Shown one piece after another: positions 29,664 to 40,260 of a stretch of DNA of 64,000 bases. The stretch lies in the NCBI GenBank assembly GCA_963665125.2, contig CAXXUK010000001.1, positions 2,880,001 through 2,944,000 on the forward strand. Direction: 5' to 3'. How positions within the stretch are numbered: position 1 is the first letter of the stretch; every line of letters starts with the position of its first letter. Below the pieces are notes generated by a model that was not told where the DNA came from, did not search any database, and saw only the letters and a program-made list of their open reading frames with translations. The position numbers and the translations under genes are program-made. The stretch comes from an uncultured Desulfarculus sp. (GTDB lineage: Bacteria; Desulfobacterota; Desulfarculia; Desulfarculales; Desulfarculaceae).

Positions 29664-30314
29664 TCAAGCCTCGGGTGGCTCAGGCGCTTTCTTACTAATC
29701 AACTCGTGATGGCTGGCGCACATCGACGCGGCCAGCTTGGCCAGGTTTTCCATGTGCCGCCTCACATCCTCGGGATCCCGGCCGGGGTAGTTGCGAAAGG
29801 AAATCAGAATGCCGTTCAACGCGGCAAACAGGGTGTGGGCGTGCAGGCGGGTCTGTTCCGGCGAGGCCTTGGATTCCATGAGCCTGTCGAACTGCTCCAG
29901 CACGGACCGCGCCGCCTGGTTGACCTTGTCCAGGGCCGGACCGGACAATTGGCTGTCGAGCATGAAATGGGTCATCATGCGGAAATAGTGGTCATATTCC
30001 AGCAGAAAATCGATGTACATCAGGGCAAATTCCGGCAGGTTTGAAATCCGGCCCGAGGCTATGCGCTGATCGACCCTGGCGATTATCTCCTTGGTGCCCA
30101 GGACGAAGGCCTCGGCGAACAGGCTCTGCTGGTCCGGGAAATAGCGGTAGATCGAAGACACGGCAATGCCCGCCTCCTGGGCTATCTCGCGCATGCTCAC
30201 CTGCTCGAAGGGCTTTTTGGCGTAAATGCGCTCCGCCGCGTCCACGATTACGCGCTGGCGGGCCTTGCGCTCCTCTTCTTTCAGGGCGGCGAATGTCGTG
30301 TGCTGTTTGGCCAT
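29664..30314 (-). CDS. TetR family regulator
   Basis: SMREIAQEAGIAVSSIYRYF. Confidence 0.92.
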   Translation of the reverse strand: MAKQHTTFAALKEEERKARQRVIVDAAERIYAKKPFEQVSMREIAQEAGIAVSSIYRYFPDQQSLFAEAFVLGTKEIIARVDQRIASGRISNLPEFALMYIDFLLEYDHYFRMMTHFMLDSQLSGPALDKVNQAARSVLEQFDRLMESKASPEQTRLHAHTLFAALNGILISFRNYPGRDPEDVRRHMENLAKLAASMCASHHELISKKAPEPPEA

Positions 30315-30414
30315 TGTTGATCGCCTCCTTCGCTCAGCCGTTATTTGCAATAAACAGGGGGATGGCCAGGCAAAGCGGACCATCCCCCATTACCACGCGT
30401 GTCGTCGTCTCGGC

Positions 30415-32025
30415 TTATGCCCGGCTCTGGACCATCTCCAGGGCCACGTCCTGATAGACATGGTAAAGCCGGTGGCAGAAATCATCCCACTGGCGGCAGA
30501 TGGCCATGGTCTCGGGAGTCATCTCAAAAAGGTTGGGATGCTGGAAGATCCGCCCGATCTCGTCCTGATATTCTTTTACCAGAGCATCGTCGGCGCCCGC
30601 AAGCACGTTGGCCACGAACTCCTGGGGCGAATACCATGCCGCCGCCTTTTGCAGGTCGCGGTGGATCTGGGTCAGGAGCACGTTGCGGGGCCCTTCCCAA
30701 AGTTCGTTCACCGCCGCGTCGCGGTAGAGCCTGGGCAGGGAGGAGAAGTCCTCCATCACGCCATGGCCGCCGAACAGGCTCATGGCCGCCCGCACCACGT
30801 CCGGGCAGTCCCAACTCGTGGCGATCTTTTGCAGCATCACCAGCTCGCGCACGGTGTAGCGTTGCTTTTTCATTGCCTCGTCGTCGCCGCCCCCGCCGGT
30901 GAATCCGCCGGGCAGGTCCAGCACTTCCTTGTAGAGCCGGAAGGCCCCGGCCAGGGTCCGCTTGGCCGAGCGCTCGATACCGGCCAGCTGGACCGCCACC
31001 ATGGGGAAGGCCGCGATGGGCACGCCGAAGGCCTCGCGGAACCGGCAGTACTTGGCCGCCTCGCGCCAGGCCCTGGTCATGGACGCCGCGCCGGACAGGC
31101 CCACGGTGAGCCGCGAATAGGTGAGCACCACGCCGACCATGTTGGCCAGGCCCCGCTCCAGGGGCCCAACCTGATAGGCCACCGCGCCGTCAACGGTGAT
31201 CTCGGCGGTGGTCAGTTCGCTGGTGCCCATCTTCCACTTGATGCGGTCGATGGTGAAACCGTTGCGGCGCTGGCGCTGCTTGTCGCCAGGCAGCCAGGAG
31301 GGCATCACGAAAAGGCCGACCTTTTCCGAGCCCCTGGGCTTGGCCGTGACCATGGCGTAGTCGGCGTGGGTGGCCGAGCAGAAAAACTTGGTGCCGTAGA
31401 GCTTCCACACGCCGTCTTCCTGCACGGCCTCCAGCAGGTTGGAGGGCACGTCCGAGCCGCCCTGGATCTCCGACAGGTACTGGGCGCCGATGGCGAACTC
31501 GCCGTCAATGCCCTCCTTGCAGTGCTCCAGCACGGCCTTGACCTCGGGCGTATCGGCGTGGGGCTCCATCACCGAAACCAGACCCTCGGTGCAGGTCAGG
31601 GGGCACGATACGCAGGCCTCGCCGTTCTGGTAGATCAGAAACATCTTGATCAGGCGCACCCAGGGGTGGGTCTTTTTGGAGAACAGGGCCTCGCCGAAGA
31701 CCTCGCGCTCCAGCACCTCGGTCTCCATGGGCCGCATAATGCGGTCGATGCGGTTTTTGTGGCCGTCGTAATGCTGCATATAGGGGCGTTTTTCAGGCCA
31801 GGCGATCTCGTCGGCCAGCTTGCGCCACTTGAACGATGCCTTTTTGGACGTCTCGCGGGCCGCGGCGTCCACCTCATCGGCCATGTCGCCGCAAAAGGTG
31901 CGCACCACGGCCTGGGCAAAGGGGTCGTCGGCATAGTAGTCCACGGATTCCCGCCACTGCAGGAAATCGTCAAAGCTGTACGGGTTGTTGCGGTCTGGGT
32001 AGCTCACGGGTTTTGTTCCTTCCAT
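30415..32025 (-). CDS. Acyl-CoA dehydrogenase (AidB-like)
   Basis: CPLTCT, EIQGGSD, GTKFFCS, K.KMG, FGGHG, ELWEG. Confidence 0.88.
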   Translation of the reverse strand: MEGTKPVSYPDRNNPYSFDDFLQWRESVDYYADDPFAQAVVRTFCGDMADEVDAAARETSKKASFKWRKLADEIAWPEKRPYMQHYDGHKNRIDRIMRPMETEVLEREVFGEALFSKKTHPWVRLIKMFLIYQNGEACVSCPLTCTEGLVSVMEPHADTPEVKAVLEHCKEGIDGEFAIGAQYLSEIQGGSDVPSNLLEAVQEDGVWKLYGTKFFCSATHADYAMVTAKPRGSEKVGLFVMPSWLPGDKQRQRRNGFTIDRIKWKMGTSELTTAEITVDGAVAYQVGPLERGLANMVGVVLTYSRLTVGLSGAASMTRAWREAAKYCRFREAFGVPIAAFPMVAVQLAGIERSAKRTLAGAFRLYKEVLDLPGGFTGGGGDDEAMKKQRYTVRELVMLQKIATSWDCPDVVRAAMSLFGGHGVMEDFSSLPRLYRDAAVNELWEGPRNVLLTQIHRDLQKAAAWYSPQEFVANVLAGADDALVKEYQDEIGRIFQHPNLFEMTPETMAICRQWDDFCHRLYHVYQDVALEMVQSRA

Positions 32026-32071
32026 ATGAAAACAGGGAAGCGCCCGGCCAGAGGGCGCCCCCGGGAAAAAG

Positions 32072-33589
32072 CTATTGGGCCAACTGGCCCCGCAGGGCGG
32101 TCTTGAGGATCTTGCCCGTGGAGTTCTTGGGCAGGGCCTCGATGAACCGCACCTCCTTGACCTGCTTGAAACCGGCCAGGTTGTCGCGGCACACCTTGAT
32201 TATGTCCTCTTCGGTGGCCTGCTGGTCGGGTTTGAGCACCACGAAGGCCACGGGGATCTCGCCCCACTTTTCATCGGGCCGGCCGGCAACGGCCACTTCG
32301 GCCACGGCGGGGTGGCTTTGCAGGGTCTGTTCGATCTCGGCCGGATAGATGTTTTCGCCGCCGCTGATAATCATGTCCTTGAGCCGGTCGATGACGTAGA
32401 CGCAGCCGTCTTCGTCGATGCGGCCCAGGTCGCCCGAGCGGTAGCAGCCGCCCTTGAGGACCTCGTCGCTGGCGGCCTGGTTCTCCCAATAGCCCAGGAA
32501 CACCTGGGGGCCATAGAGGCAAAGCTCGCCCACCTCGCCTACGGGAAGCTCTTCGTCCGAGCCGGGCCTACAGACCTTGACCTGGCCGTGGCAGACGGCC
32601 TTGCCCGCCGAGGCGCATTTGTCCATGCCGATGTCATTGGTCCAGAAGGTGATGGCCCCGGAATATTCCGTGGCGCCGTAGACCTGGGCGATCTTGAAGC
32701 CCTTTTGGTCGTAGAGATGGATCAGGCTGGGCGGCACGGGCGAGGCGCCGCACACGAAATGGCGCAGGCTGGAAAGGTCGAATCCCGCCACCACCTCGGG
32801 CGGCACCATGGCCATGGCCATGAGCATCAGGGGCACGGTCATCATGAAGTTGATGCGCTCGGCCTCGATGAGCTTGTACACGCCCACCGGGTCGAAGTCG
32901 GACATATAGACCGTGGTCACGCCCAGATGCACGTTGGCGAACACCGGGGACAGACCGCCGATGTGGAACAGCGGCGCCACCAGCAAATAGCGGTCCTTGT
33001 GGGCCCAGCGCAAGGTATGGGACAGGCCCAGGGAGGCCCAGAAGGCGTTGTTGTGGCTCAGCGTAGCCCCCTTGGGCTTGCCCGTGGTGCCGGAGGTGTA
33101 CATGATCACGCAGGGGTCGTCGCCGCCGCCCTGGGGGGCCGGTTCATCAGCGGAACCCTGGGCCAGGAAATCCTCGAACTCCTGGTCCTGTCCCTGGCCG
33201 CCCTTGCGCAGCATGATGTGGGCCGGAATCTTGCCCCGCAGTTGCTCCACCACCGGAGCGAATTCGCCGTCATACAAAAGCAACTCGGCGCCACAGTTGT
33301 TGAGGATGTACTCCAACTCGGGCGCGGTGAGCCGCCAATTGAGGATGGCGGTGATCACGCCGATCTTGGCCGCGCCATACACGGCGCAGGTGATGTGCTC
33401 GTTGTTTTTACACAAAATGGCGATACGGTCGCCCTGTTTGATGCCGCTGGCCGCCATGGCCGAGGCAAAGCGGTTGGCCCGGGCATTGGCCTGGGCATAG
33501 GTGTAGCGGTATCCGGTCCCGACGCAGGCCTCCATGTCCGGAGACAAAAAAGCGCGGTTGGTCAGCATTTGGCCCAGATTTATTTTCAT
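32072..33589 (-). CDS. Long-chain fatty-acid-CoA ligase
   Basis: YTSGTTGKPKG, YGATE, SGD, DRLKDMIISGGENIYP. Confidence 0.93.
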   Translation of the reverse strand: MKINLGQMLTNRAFLSPDMEACVGTGYRYTYAQANARANRFASAMAASGIKQGDRIAILCKNNEHITCAVYGAAKIGVITAILNWRLTAPELEYILNNCGAELLLYDGEFAPVVEQLRGKIPAHIMLRKGGQGQDQEFEDFLAQGSADEPAPQGGGDDPCVIMYTSGTTGKPKGATLSHNNAFWASLGLSHTLRWAHKDRYLLVAPLFHIGGLSPVFANVHLGVTTVYMSDFDPVGVYKLIEAERINFMMTVPLMLMAMAMVPPEVVAGFDLSSLRHFVCGASPVPPSLIHLYDQKGFKIAQVYGATEYSGAITFWTNDIGMDKCASAGKAVCHGQVKVCRPGSDEELPVGEVGELCLYGPQVFLGYWENQAASDEVLKGGCYRSGDLGRIDEDGCVYVIDRLKDMIISGGENIYPAEIEQTLQSHPAVAEVAVAGRPDEKWGEIPVAFVVLKPDQQATEEDIIKVCRDNLAGFKQVKEVRFIEALPKNSTGKILKTALRGQLAQ

Positions 33590-33627
33590 GGCTCAAACCT
33601 CCAAAGGGTAATTGCGATCATTTTACA

Positions 33628-33669
33628 GAACAGTGTTCGCAGATTAAATATATCGTTCTTTGAAGTCAA
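33628..33669 (-). promoter_or_regulatory. Promoter and candidate TetR operator of the ligase-ACAD-tetR operon
   Basis: TTGACT-17-TAATCT; palindrome GAACAGTGTTC (33628-33638) at the expected transcription start. Confidence 0.65.
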
Positions 33670-33729
33670 GCCGAATCGGAAGGGAATAATGCGAAAGGTG
33701 GCGGGAGGTGTCTGAAGGTAATATTTAGG

Positions 33730-34954
33730 TGTCCTAGTCGAGAAAAGCGTTGACAGGTCAAGGTCCTAGCTGAAGGAGCCATGGCCTTCCGGTTAAGATG
33801 GTTCAAACCAAAAGAAGCATCTTAATTGAAAGGAAGGACCATGACTCAATCGCAGTATATCATCAACCGCAAGCTCAATATCCTGGAGTTGGGCCAGACT
33901 CTGGGAAACATCTCCGAGGCCTGCCGCAAGCTGGGCATCAGCCGCCAGCACTATTACGACATCAAGCAAGCTATCGATGAAGAAGGTCTGGAAGGGCTCT
34001 TGAAGAAGAGCCGCCGCGTGCCCAGGATCGGCAACCGTGTGGCCCCCGAGATAGAGCAAAAAGTGCTGGATTATTCTTTACAGTTTTCCACCCACGGCCA
34101 GACCAGGGTGGCCAACGAACTGAAGAAAATCGGTATCCAGGTCAGCGCCGGAGGCATTCGCAGCATCTGGCTACGGCACGATCTGACGCTCAAGGCACAG
34201 CGACTCAAGCGTCTGGAAAAATGGGCGGCGGAAAACACCGAGGTGCTTACCGAATCCCAGGTCCAGGCCCTGGAGACCGCCAAGCAGGAAAAAGAGGCCC
34301 ACGGTGAGGTGGAGAGCCCTCATCCCGGCTTTCTGGTGGCCCAGGACACCTGCTATGTGGGCATTATCAAGGGCATAGGCCGCGCATCTACCAGCAAACG
34401 GCCATCGACACCCACGGCAGCCACGGCTTTGCAAAGGTCTACCGGGAAAAGACGGCCCTGACCGCCGCCGACCTGCTCAACGACAGGGTGCTGCCTTTTT
34501 ACGACCATCACGGCATCAGGGTGCACCGGGTGCTCACCGATAACGGCCCGGAGTTGTGCGGTCGTCAAGACAGCCACCCATACGAGCTATTTCTGCACCT
34601 TAACGACATCGAGCACACCAGAACCAAGGTGCGCCATCCCCAGACCAATGGCGCGGTGGAGCGGCTTCACCAGACCATCCAGAATGAATTCTATGAGGTG
34701 GCCTTCCGGAAAAAGCTGTACCGCACGCTGGATGAAATCCAGGCCGACCTGGACGCCTTCATGAACTACTACAACACCGAACGAACCCATCAGGGCCGCT
34801 ATTGCCAGGGGCGCACCCCTTTTCAGACCTTTAACGACGGCCTGGAACAGTATCAAAAGCATGTCCATGAAGGGATAGAAATCGAGGACGCAGCGTAGTA
34901 ACCTAAGCCATCTGCCGGAAGGCCAAACTGTCAACGCAATTAGTGACTAGGACA
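33730..34954 (+). mobile_element. IS481-family insertion sequence, 1225 bp
   Basis: TGT...ACA ends; 27-bp imperfect IRs TGTCCTAGTC-N7-GCGTTGACAG; 7-bp direct repeat ATTTAGG at 33723-33729 and 34955-34961. Confidence 0.93.
33841..34898 (+). pseudogene. IS481-family transposase, frameshifted
   Basis: HTH, QDT, TDNG.E and PQTNGAVER motifs; an extra GC near 34381-34385 breaks GIGRIYQQTAID. Confidence 0.88.
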
Positions 34955-35027
34955 ATTTAGGAGTACCTGTCCCCGGCCGCAATCCCGGCAGGCATCAGGG
35001 TTGCGACCGGGCGGCCGGTCTGGTCCG

Positions 35028-35507
35028 TCACTTGCCGCCTCTGTCCAGGCAAGGCAGTTTCCGTTTTTCCATGTTCCAGTACACACAGGTTTCCGGCCAG
35101 GTCCGGCATATCTCCATATGCTTTCCCGAGACCTTTGATATCACTATGGGATGTCCACCCTGTTCCTTAACGGTTTGTATTGCCTGTTCCTTTGAGACGT
35201 AACCAGCCTTGCCAACCTCGACCAGGCCGTCGGCAAGTTCATCAAGGTACACCGACTTGGTCTCCGGGGTTCCATCGAACGCGCCGTAGCATGCCCTTGG
35301 CCCAACGGCGCACCTTTCAGCCTTGTTGATATATTCGGCGGCCTGGTCCGTGTTTAGTTTTATAGGCTCCAGACCGGCTATGAGGGTTTGCAGTTTTTGA
35401 CCTTCGCTGGTGCCGGCACTGGGCGCTTCCGTTGAGGTCAACAGGCTTACCAAGGCCTTGACCTGTTTGACCACCAACCCTGATTTGTAATCTTCCACTG
35501 TAGCCAT
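35028..35507 (-). CDS. Hypothetical protein, possibly ferredoxin-related
   Basis: AAGGAG SD, several Cys, divergent from an AraC regulator. Confidence 0.7.
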   Translation of the reverse strand: MATVEDYKSGLVVKQVKALVSLLTSTEAPSAGTSEGQKLQTLIAGLEPIKLNTDQAAEYINKAERCAVGPRACYGAFDGTPETKSVYLDELADGLVEVGKAGYVSKEQAIQTVKEQGGHPIVISKVSGKHMEICRTWPETCVYWNMEKRKLPCLDRGGK

Positions 35508-35641
35508 ACTCAACTCCTTTTTTGGTTGCCTTGGTTATTGCCAAAGGCTGTCATGGTCCCCAACGTAGCCCTTGACTTGCCTTGGCGACAGTGGCAAATA
35601 CGACATATAAAAGGCCATTTGCGTCAAACGGGGGAAGCAAC

Positions 35642-36625
35642 ATGCTCAAAGTGACCATTCTCGGTTTTCCCAAGGCATCTCCATCATCAGTGGTTGGGCC
35701 TTTGGACGTATTTGCCCAGAGCGGTATTTTTTGGAACAGGCTGACCGGCCTGGACACCAACAAATATTTCGATGTCGAGTTGGTGACGCCCGACGGCGGG
35801 CCGCTTAACTGCATGAACGGCGTGGTCATGCAGCCAAAGCGGCCGATGCAGGAAGTGGAACGGACGGATCTGATCGTCATGTCGTCCATCGCCGATTTCT
35901 TTCATATCCGGCAAACCCAGAGCGAGGCCTTGGAATGGGTAAAAGGGCATTACGCCAACGGCGCCATGCTGGCCAGCGTTTGCACGGGGGCCTTTTTCCT
36001 GGCCGAAACAGGACTGTTGGACGGCAAGACCGCCACCACCCATTGGGGTTTCGCCCCGCTGTTTGCAAAGAGATATCCCAACATCCTGTTAAGGCAGGAT
36101 AAATTCATCACAGACGAAGGCAACCTGTTTTGCTCCGGCGGTGTGAGTTCCGGAGTTGATTTGGCTTTTTACCTGGTTGAAAAACTGATCGGCTACCAGG
36201 AGGCCATGCAGTGCGCCAAGGCCCTTGCCCACGATTATGTCCGTGACACCCAGAGGCCTTACGGGTCTCTTTTGGCGCCGGCAAACCACAATGACGGCCA
36301 GATCGTCTTTGCCCAAAAACATATTGAGGATAATTTTGACAAGCACCTGGCCGTCGAGGAGTTGGCCCAAGCAACCGGTATGGCCAGGCGGACATTTGAA
36401 AGGCGGTTCAAGCAGGCCACGGGACAAACGCCCCTGTCATACCTGCAAAGAGCCAGGGTCGAGGCCGCCAAGAGGTTGCTGGAATCGACAAATCACAGCT
36501 TTGAGGAAATCACCTGCAAGGTCGGCTATGAAGATTGCGGTTCATTCCGTCGCATCTTCATGAAGGTGGCCGGAATCCTGCCCAGGGAATACAGGCAAAA
36601 GTTCAAGCCGTCGGCTCCAGCCTGA
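35642..36625 (+). CDS. GlxA family (DJ-1/PfpI plus AraC) regulator
   Basis: SVCTGAFFLAETGLLDGKTATTHW; RTFERRFK...VGYED..SFRRIF. Confidence 0.95.
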   Translation: MLKVTILGFPKASPSSVVGPLDVFAQSGIFWNRLTGLDTNKYFDVELVTPDGGPLNCMNGVVMQPKRPMQEVERTDLIVMSSIADFFHIRQTQSEALEWVKGHYANGAMLASVCTGAFFLAETGLLDGKTATTHWGFAPLFAKRYPNILLRQDKFITDEGNLFCSGGVSSGVDLAFYLVEKLIGYQEAMQCAKALAHDYVRDTQRPYGSLLAPANHNDGQIVFAQKHIEDNFDKHLAVEELAQATGMARRTFERRFKQATGQTPLSYLQRARVEAAKRLLESTNHSFEEITCKVGYEDCGSFRRIFMKVAGILPREYRQKFKPSAPA

Positions 36626-36653
36626 TGCGCCCGTACTTGGCCGAAGGCGACCG

Positions 36654-38471
36654 TCAAGAAAAGACCACAACCCTGTTGCGGCCCCGTTTCTTGGCCTTGT
36701 ACAAGGCCGCGTCCGCCCTGCCGAAAATGTCCTCACGGGAGTCACCAGGCCTTTGCTGGGTCACCCCGATGCTGATGGTCGCCCCGGCCTGGCCGCCATC
36801 GGGCAAGGTGATCTTGAGGTCGGCAAAACTGGCGCGCAGCCGTTCGGCCACCTTTTGGGCCTGGCCCGCGTCGACTCCCGGCAGGATCACCGCGAACTCC
36901 TCGCCGCCATAGCGGAAGGCAATGTCATTGTTGCGCAGGGCCTCCCGGAACAGGTCCCCCAGACCGGCCAGGACCAGGTCGCCGGCCGCGTGGCCATAGG
37001 TGTCGTTGAAGGTCTTGAAGTGGTCCACGTCGCAGACCAGCATTGAAAGCGAAAGCCCCATGCCGCGGGCCTGGTTCATTTCGCTGGGCAGCTTGTCCTG
37101 AAACCAGCGTTTGTTGTACAGGCCGGTCAGTCCGTCGGTAATCGACAATACCGTAAGCGTGCGCTCTTTTTCCTTGAGCCGGGACCTTTCGGTTTGCAGC
37201 AATTTGATGCGGTCGGCCAGGGCCAGGGCCAGCAGGACCGACTCCGCCGCCGCGCCGATGCAGACCATATTGTTTATTACAAACGAATGGGGCACCAGGC
37301 CCAGCCCCGAAGCCGCGTAAACCATTGTAAAGCCCATCAGAACCAGCCAGCCCGCCAGGTAGTAGCGGGCCGGGGTGTAGCCGCCCCGCCAGATAATGAC
37401 CGCGCTGATCAAAAAGAAAACCGGAACGGCAAAGCCCATGGTGTAGGCCATGGCGTTGGCAATATCAAAAAATCCGGCCGAGGAAATGATCAGGTTGACC
37501 ACCGACAGAATCATGATGCCCTTGAAAAAGCCGTCGATGACCGGGTAACGGCTCTTGGTGCCCAAAAATTCCCTGGCAAACACCGTGGCGAAAAAGAAGG
37601 ACAGGGCGAAAAACGTAAGTACATAGTCCGACAGATACCGCGGGTTCATCCCGATACCCAGGGGCCAGCCGGTCAACAGCGCCTGATAGGGGATCATGGC
37701 CACCATATAGGCGCAGTAGGCGCCATAGACCCTGTCCCGCAAAAACAGGGCCACTGCCAAGTTGTACAACAGCATGGCCACCATGATTCCGGCGGTAAGG
37801 CCAAAGAACAGGTATTCGAAACGGATGTAGCCTTCAAAGGCCTGTTTGCTGAACAGGGTCAGCGAATAGCTCACCACCTTGCTGCGGATGCGCACATATA
37901 TATAGGCGTCCACGTCGATATCGGAGGGCAGTTCCAACGCCCGGATGCGGTGCCCCAGGTCGTCGCCCGCTATAATGCGCTCGGTGCCGGCCCGGAGGTG
38001 TTTGTATTGGCCCGGTTTGCCGCCGCGAAGGGGCAGGTAGACATCCACCTCGGGCACCAGCACCCTGGTGGCAACCAGGTACATAGCGGGTAATTCACCA
38101 CTGCCGGTGTTGTTGGCCAGCCTAAAACGAAACCAATAGGCCGCCGAATCCAGGCCGTAGCTGAACGTTTCCGCTTTGTTGGGTTTGAAAGTGGCCGACC
38201 AGGGCGGGGTCGACACCTGGTCAATGGTCAAATTGTCGGTTGGGTCGCGGAGCACCTCGGAGTGGGGCCCCAACAAGGTTTCGTTGAAATTTCGGCCTAT
38301 TGCAACAGGCTGCGTCCCCGAGTCGCGGGCCCATACCGGAACCGGTCCCGTCAACTGCATCAGCAACACAAGGGCCAAAAGCAATGACGCCATGTGCATG
38401 GAAGACGGTGCATTTCCAAGGTGATTGGCACTACGATCCAGCAAGATATTCCGTCTCACGAGCAAAGCCAA
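36654..38471 (-). CDS. Diguanylate cyclase with 7TM-DISM sensor (start uncertain)
   Basis: DISMED2-like AYWFRF, MLLYNL 7TM, ALADRI, TDGLTGLYN, RNND I-site, GGEEF. Confidence 0.93.
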   Translation of the reverse strand: MALLVRRNILLDRSANHLGNAPSSMHMASLLLALVLLMQLTGPVPVWARDSGTQPVAIGRNFNETLLGPHSEVLRDPTDNLTIDQVSTPPWSATFKPNKAETFSYGLDSAAYWFRFRLANNTGSGELPAMYLVATRVLVPEVDVYLPLRGGKPGQYKHLRAGTERIIAGDDLGHRIRALELPSDIDVDAYIYVRIRSKVVSYSLTLFSKQAFEGYIRFEYLFFGLTAGIMVAMLLYNLAVALFLRDRVYGAYCAYMVAMIPYQALLTGWPLGIGMNPRYLSDYVLTFFALSFFFATVFAREFLGTKSRYPVIDGFFKGIMILSVVNLIISSAGFFDIANAMAYTMGFAVPVFFLISAVIIWRGGYTPARYYLAGWLVLMGFTMVYAASGLGLVPHSFVINNMVCIGAAAESVLLALALADRIKLLQTERSRLKEKERTLTVLSITDGLTGLYNKRWFQDKLPSEMNQARGMGLSLSMLVCDVDHFKTFNDTYGHAAGDLVLAGLGDLFREALRNNDIAFRYGGEEFAVILPGVDAGQAQKVAERLRASFADLKITLPDGGQAGATISIGVTQQRPGDSREDIFGRADAALYKAKKRGRNRVVVFS

Positions 38472-38660
38472 TTTCAGGCGTAATAAAGCAGGCCTTTTTA
38501 GATATTAGCTTCCGCCACAGACAACCGTCAACAAATCAAGCCATGGGCGCATTCATTACAAAAAAAATGCCGAGGCATAACTTTTCTGGATAATCAGGCC
38601 CTGATTGTGTATATTCAATCGTAATATGACAGTCAATTCACATTGAGAGTGTCCGTACTA

Positions 38661-39929
38661 ATGAACTCCCCAACCCCAAACAGCCTGCGTGCGGCCCGGG
38701 TAATCACCCCAAGAGGGCGAAAAACCCGCGAGACTCTGTTGGAGGCAGCCCTTGACGTGTTCAAGGAGCAGGGGTTTTACGCTGCCAGCGTGGCCGAAAT
38801 CAACCGTCGCAGCGGGGTGAGCCAGGGGACCTTCTATCAGTATTTCAGCAGTAAAGACCAACTGTTATTGGAACTTGTCGACCGTATTGTCGCGGGCTTT
38901 TGGCAAAAAGCCCACCTCCTGGACTTGCAAAGCATGGACCCCCGGCGGCGCTTGCAGGAGGTGGTGCACCTGCTGTTCGAGCATAACCGGGATAATTATA
39001 AATTCCACTTTATTCTCGGTGAGTTGGAGCTAATAGATCCGGTCACGGTAACCTACTGGGACTCCATAGCCCGTTATTACCGCGGCTTTATCCGCGACGA
39101 GGCCGCCGTGGGAACCCTGCGGCCCTTGGACCCAAACCTGTTCGCCTACGGCCTGTTGGGCATGGCCCACTTCAACTTTCCGGATTGGGGCTCCAAGGTG
39201 CCGCCCCTGGCCACTGAGGAGGCCGCCGAAAGCACAGTGGAATTGATCCGCAAAGGCATAAGCGGCAGCGCCCCGTGGCAGCCCGCCGAGGGCGCCAAGG
39301 TCCCCACCGAGGACCCGGAATACAGCTTTGAAAGCGCCGATCAGGCGGCCCAAACCCAGGGCCAAAAGACCCGCATGCAGATCCTTCGCGCGGCCGAGCG
39401 CATCTTTGGCCAGATGGGGTACAACCGGGCATCCATCGCCGACATCACCCGCGAAGCCGGGGTGGCCCAGGGCACATTCTATGTCCATTTCAAGAGTAAA
39501 TTAGAGCTGTTGGAGGGGGTTATCGTTTACCTTGGGCGTTCCCTGCGCCACAGCCTTGGCCGAATCACCAAGGAGTGCCAAGACCAGCGCGACGCCGAAA
39601 AACAAGGCATGCTGGCCTTCTTCGATTTCGTGCGCGAGCACCGCGAACTCTACCGCGTGGTGGGCGAATGCGAATCCATCAGCCCGGCCACGGCCAAGAT
39701 GTATTACCGCCGCATGGCCGACCGCTATCTGCTCAATGTGCAGCGGGGCAAAAAGCTGGGCCAGGTCCGGGAACTGCCCGCCCGTTTCCTGGTGCGCTCC
39801 CTGATGGGCTTTGGCCACATGATCGGCCTGAAGTGGCTGATCTGGACCAACTCTCCCCACGCAGAGATACCGGCCCATCTGGTCTCCGAGGCCGCCGATT
39901 TCGTGCTTTTCGGGCTTGAACCCCGTTAG
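38661..39929 (+). CDS. Tandem double-TetR regulator
   Basis: Two HTH units (GVSQGTFYQYF and GVAQGTFYVHF), each with its own C-terminal domain. Confidence 0.92.
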   Translation: MNSPTPNSLRAARVITPRGRKTRETLLEAALDVFKEQGFYAASVAEINRRSGVSQGTFYQYFSSKDQLLLELVDRIVAGFWQKAHLLDLQSMDPRRRLQEVVHLLFEHNRDNYKFHFILGELELIDPVTVTYWDSIARYYRGFIRDEAAVGTLRPLDPNLFAYGLLGMAHFNFPDWGSKVPPLATEEAAESTVELIRKGISGSAPWQPAEGAKVPTEDPEYSFESADQAAQTQGQKTRMQILRAAERIFGQMGYNRASIADITREAGVAQGTFYVHFKSKLELLEGVIVYLGRSLRHSLGRITKECQDQRDAEKQGMLAFFDFVREHRELYRVVGECESISPATAKMYYRRMADRYLLNVQRGKKLGQVRELPARFLVRSLMGFGHMIGLKWLIWTNSPHAEIPAHLVSEAADFVLFGLEPR

Positions 39930-40165
39930 AGCCGCCCTGGCCGCCAAGGCATCCCCAGAGCCAAACGCCTAATTTCCTACTAAATTTTACTTATTTACCG
40001 ATTCAACTAAATTTTCCGTGTTCAACAAGGGTCCCTCTCAATACCCCCGTCGCATCATCATTCTTAATTAATCTATTATTTCTTTTAGTTATACTTTTTT
40101 AAAAAAAGTAAAAACAATGTTCATTTTTCCCCTTGACTTTGAGGGAGCCGTTTTGAAAAGATATC

Positions 40166-40182
40166 TGACAGCCGGTTCACAT
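40166..40182 (+). promoter_or_regulatory. Candidate operator TGACAGCCGGTTCACAT (second copy at 38627-38643)
   Basis: 14/17 identical copies upstream of the tandem tetR and of the following operon; TTGACT -35 just upstream. Confidence 0.6.
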
Positions 40183-40260
40183 GTCATTGATTAGTGAGAT
40201 TGTGTTTTGAACATGCGCTGCATACATTCGGAATAAGGAAAGGCAACGCGCTTGGCGGCA

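Noticed and set aside
34370..34490. Programmed frameshift in the transposase
   Set aside because: No slippery heptamer at the break; a simple GC duplication explains it
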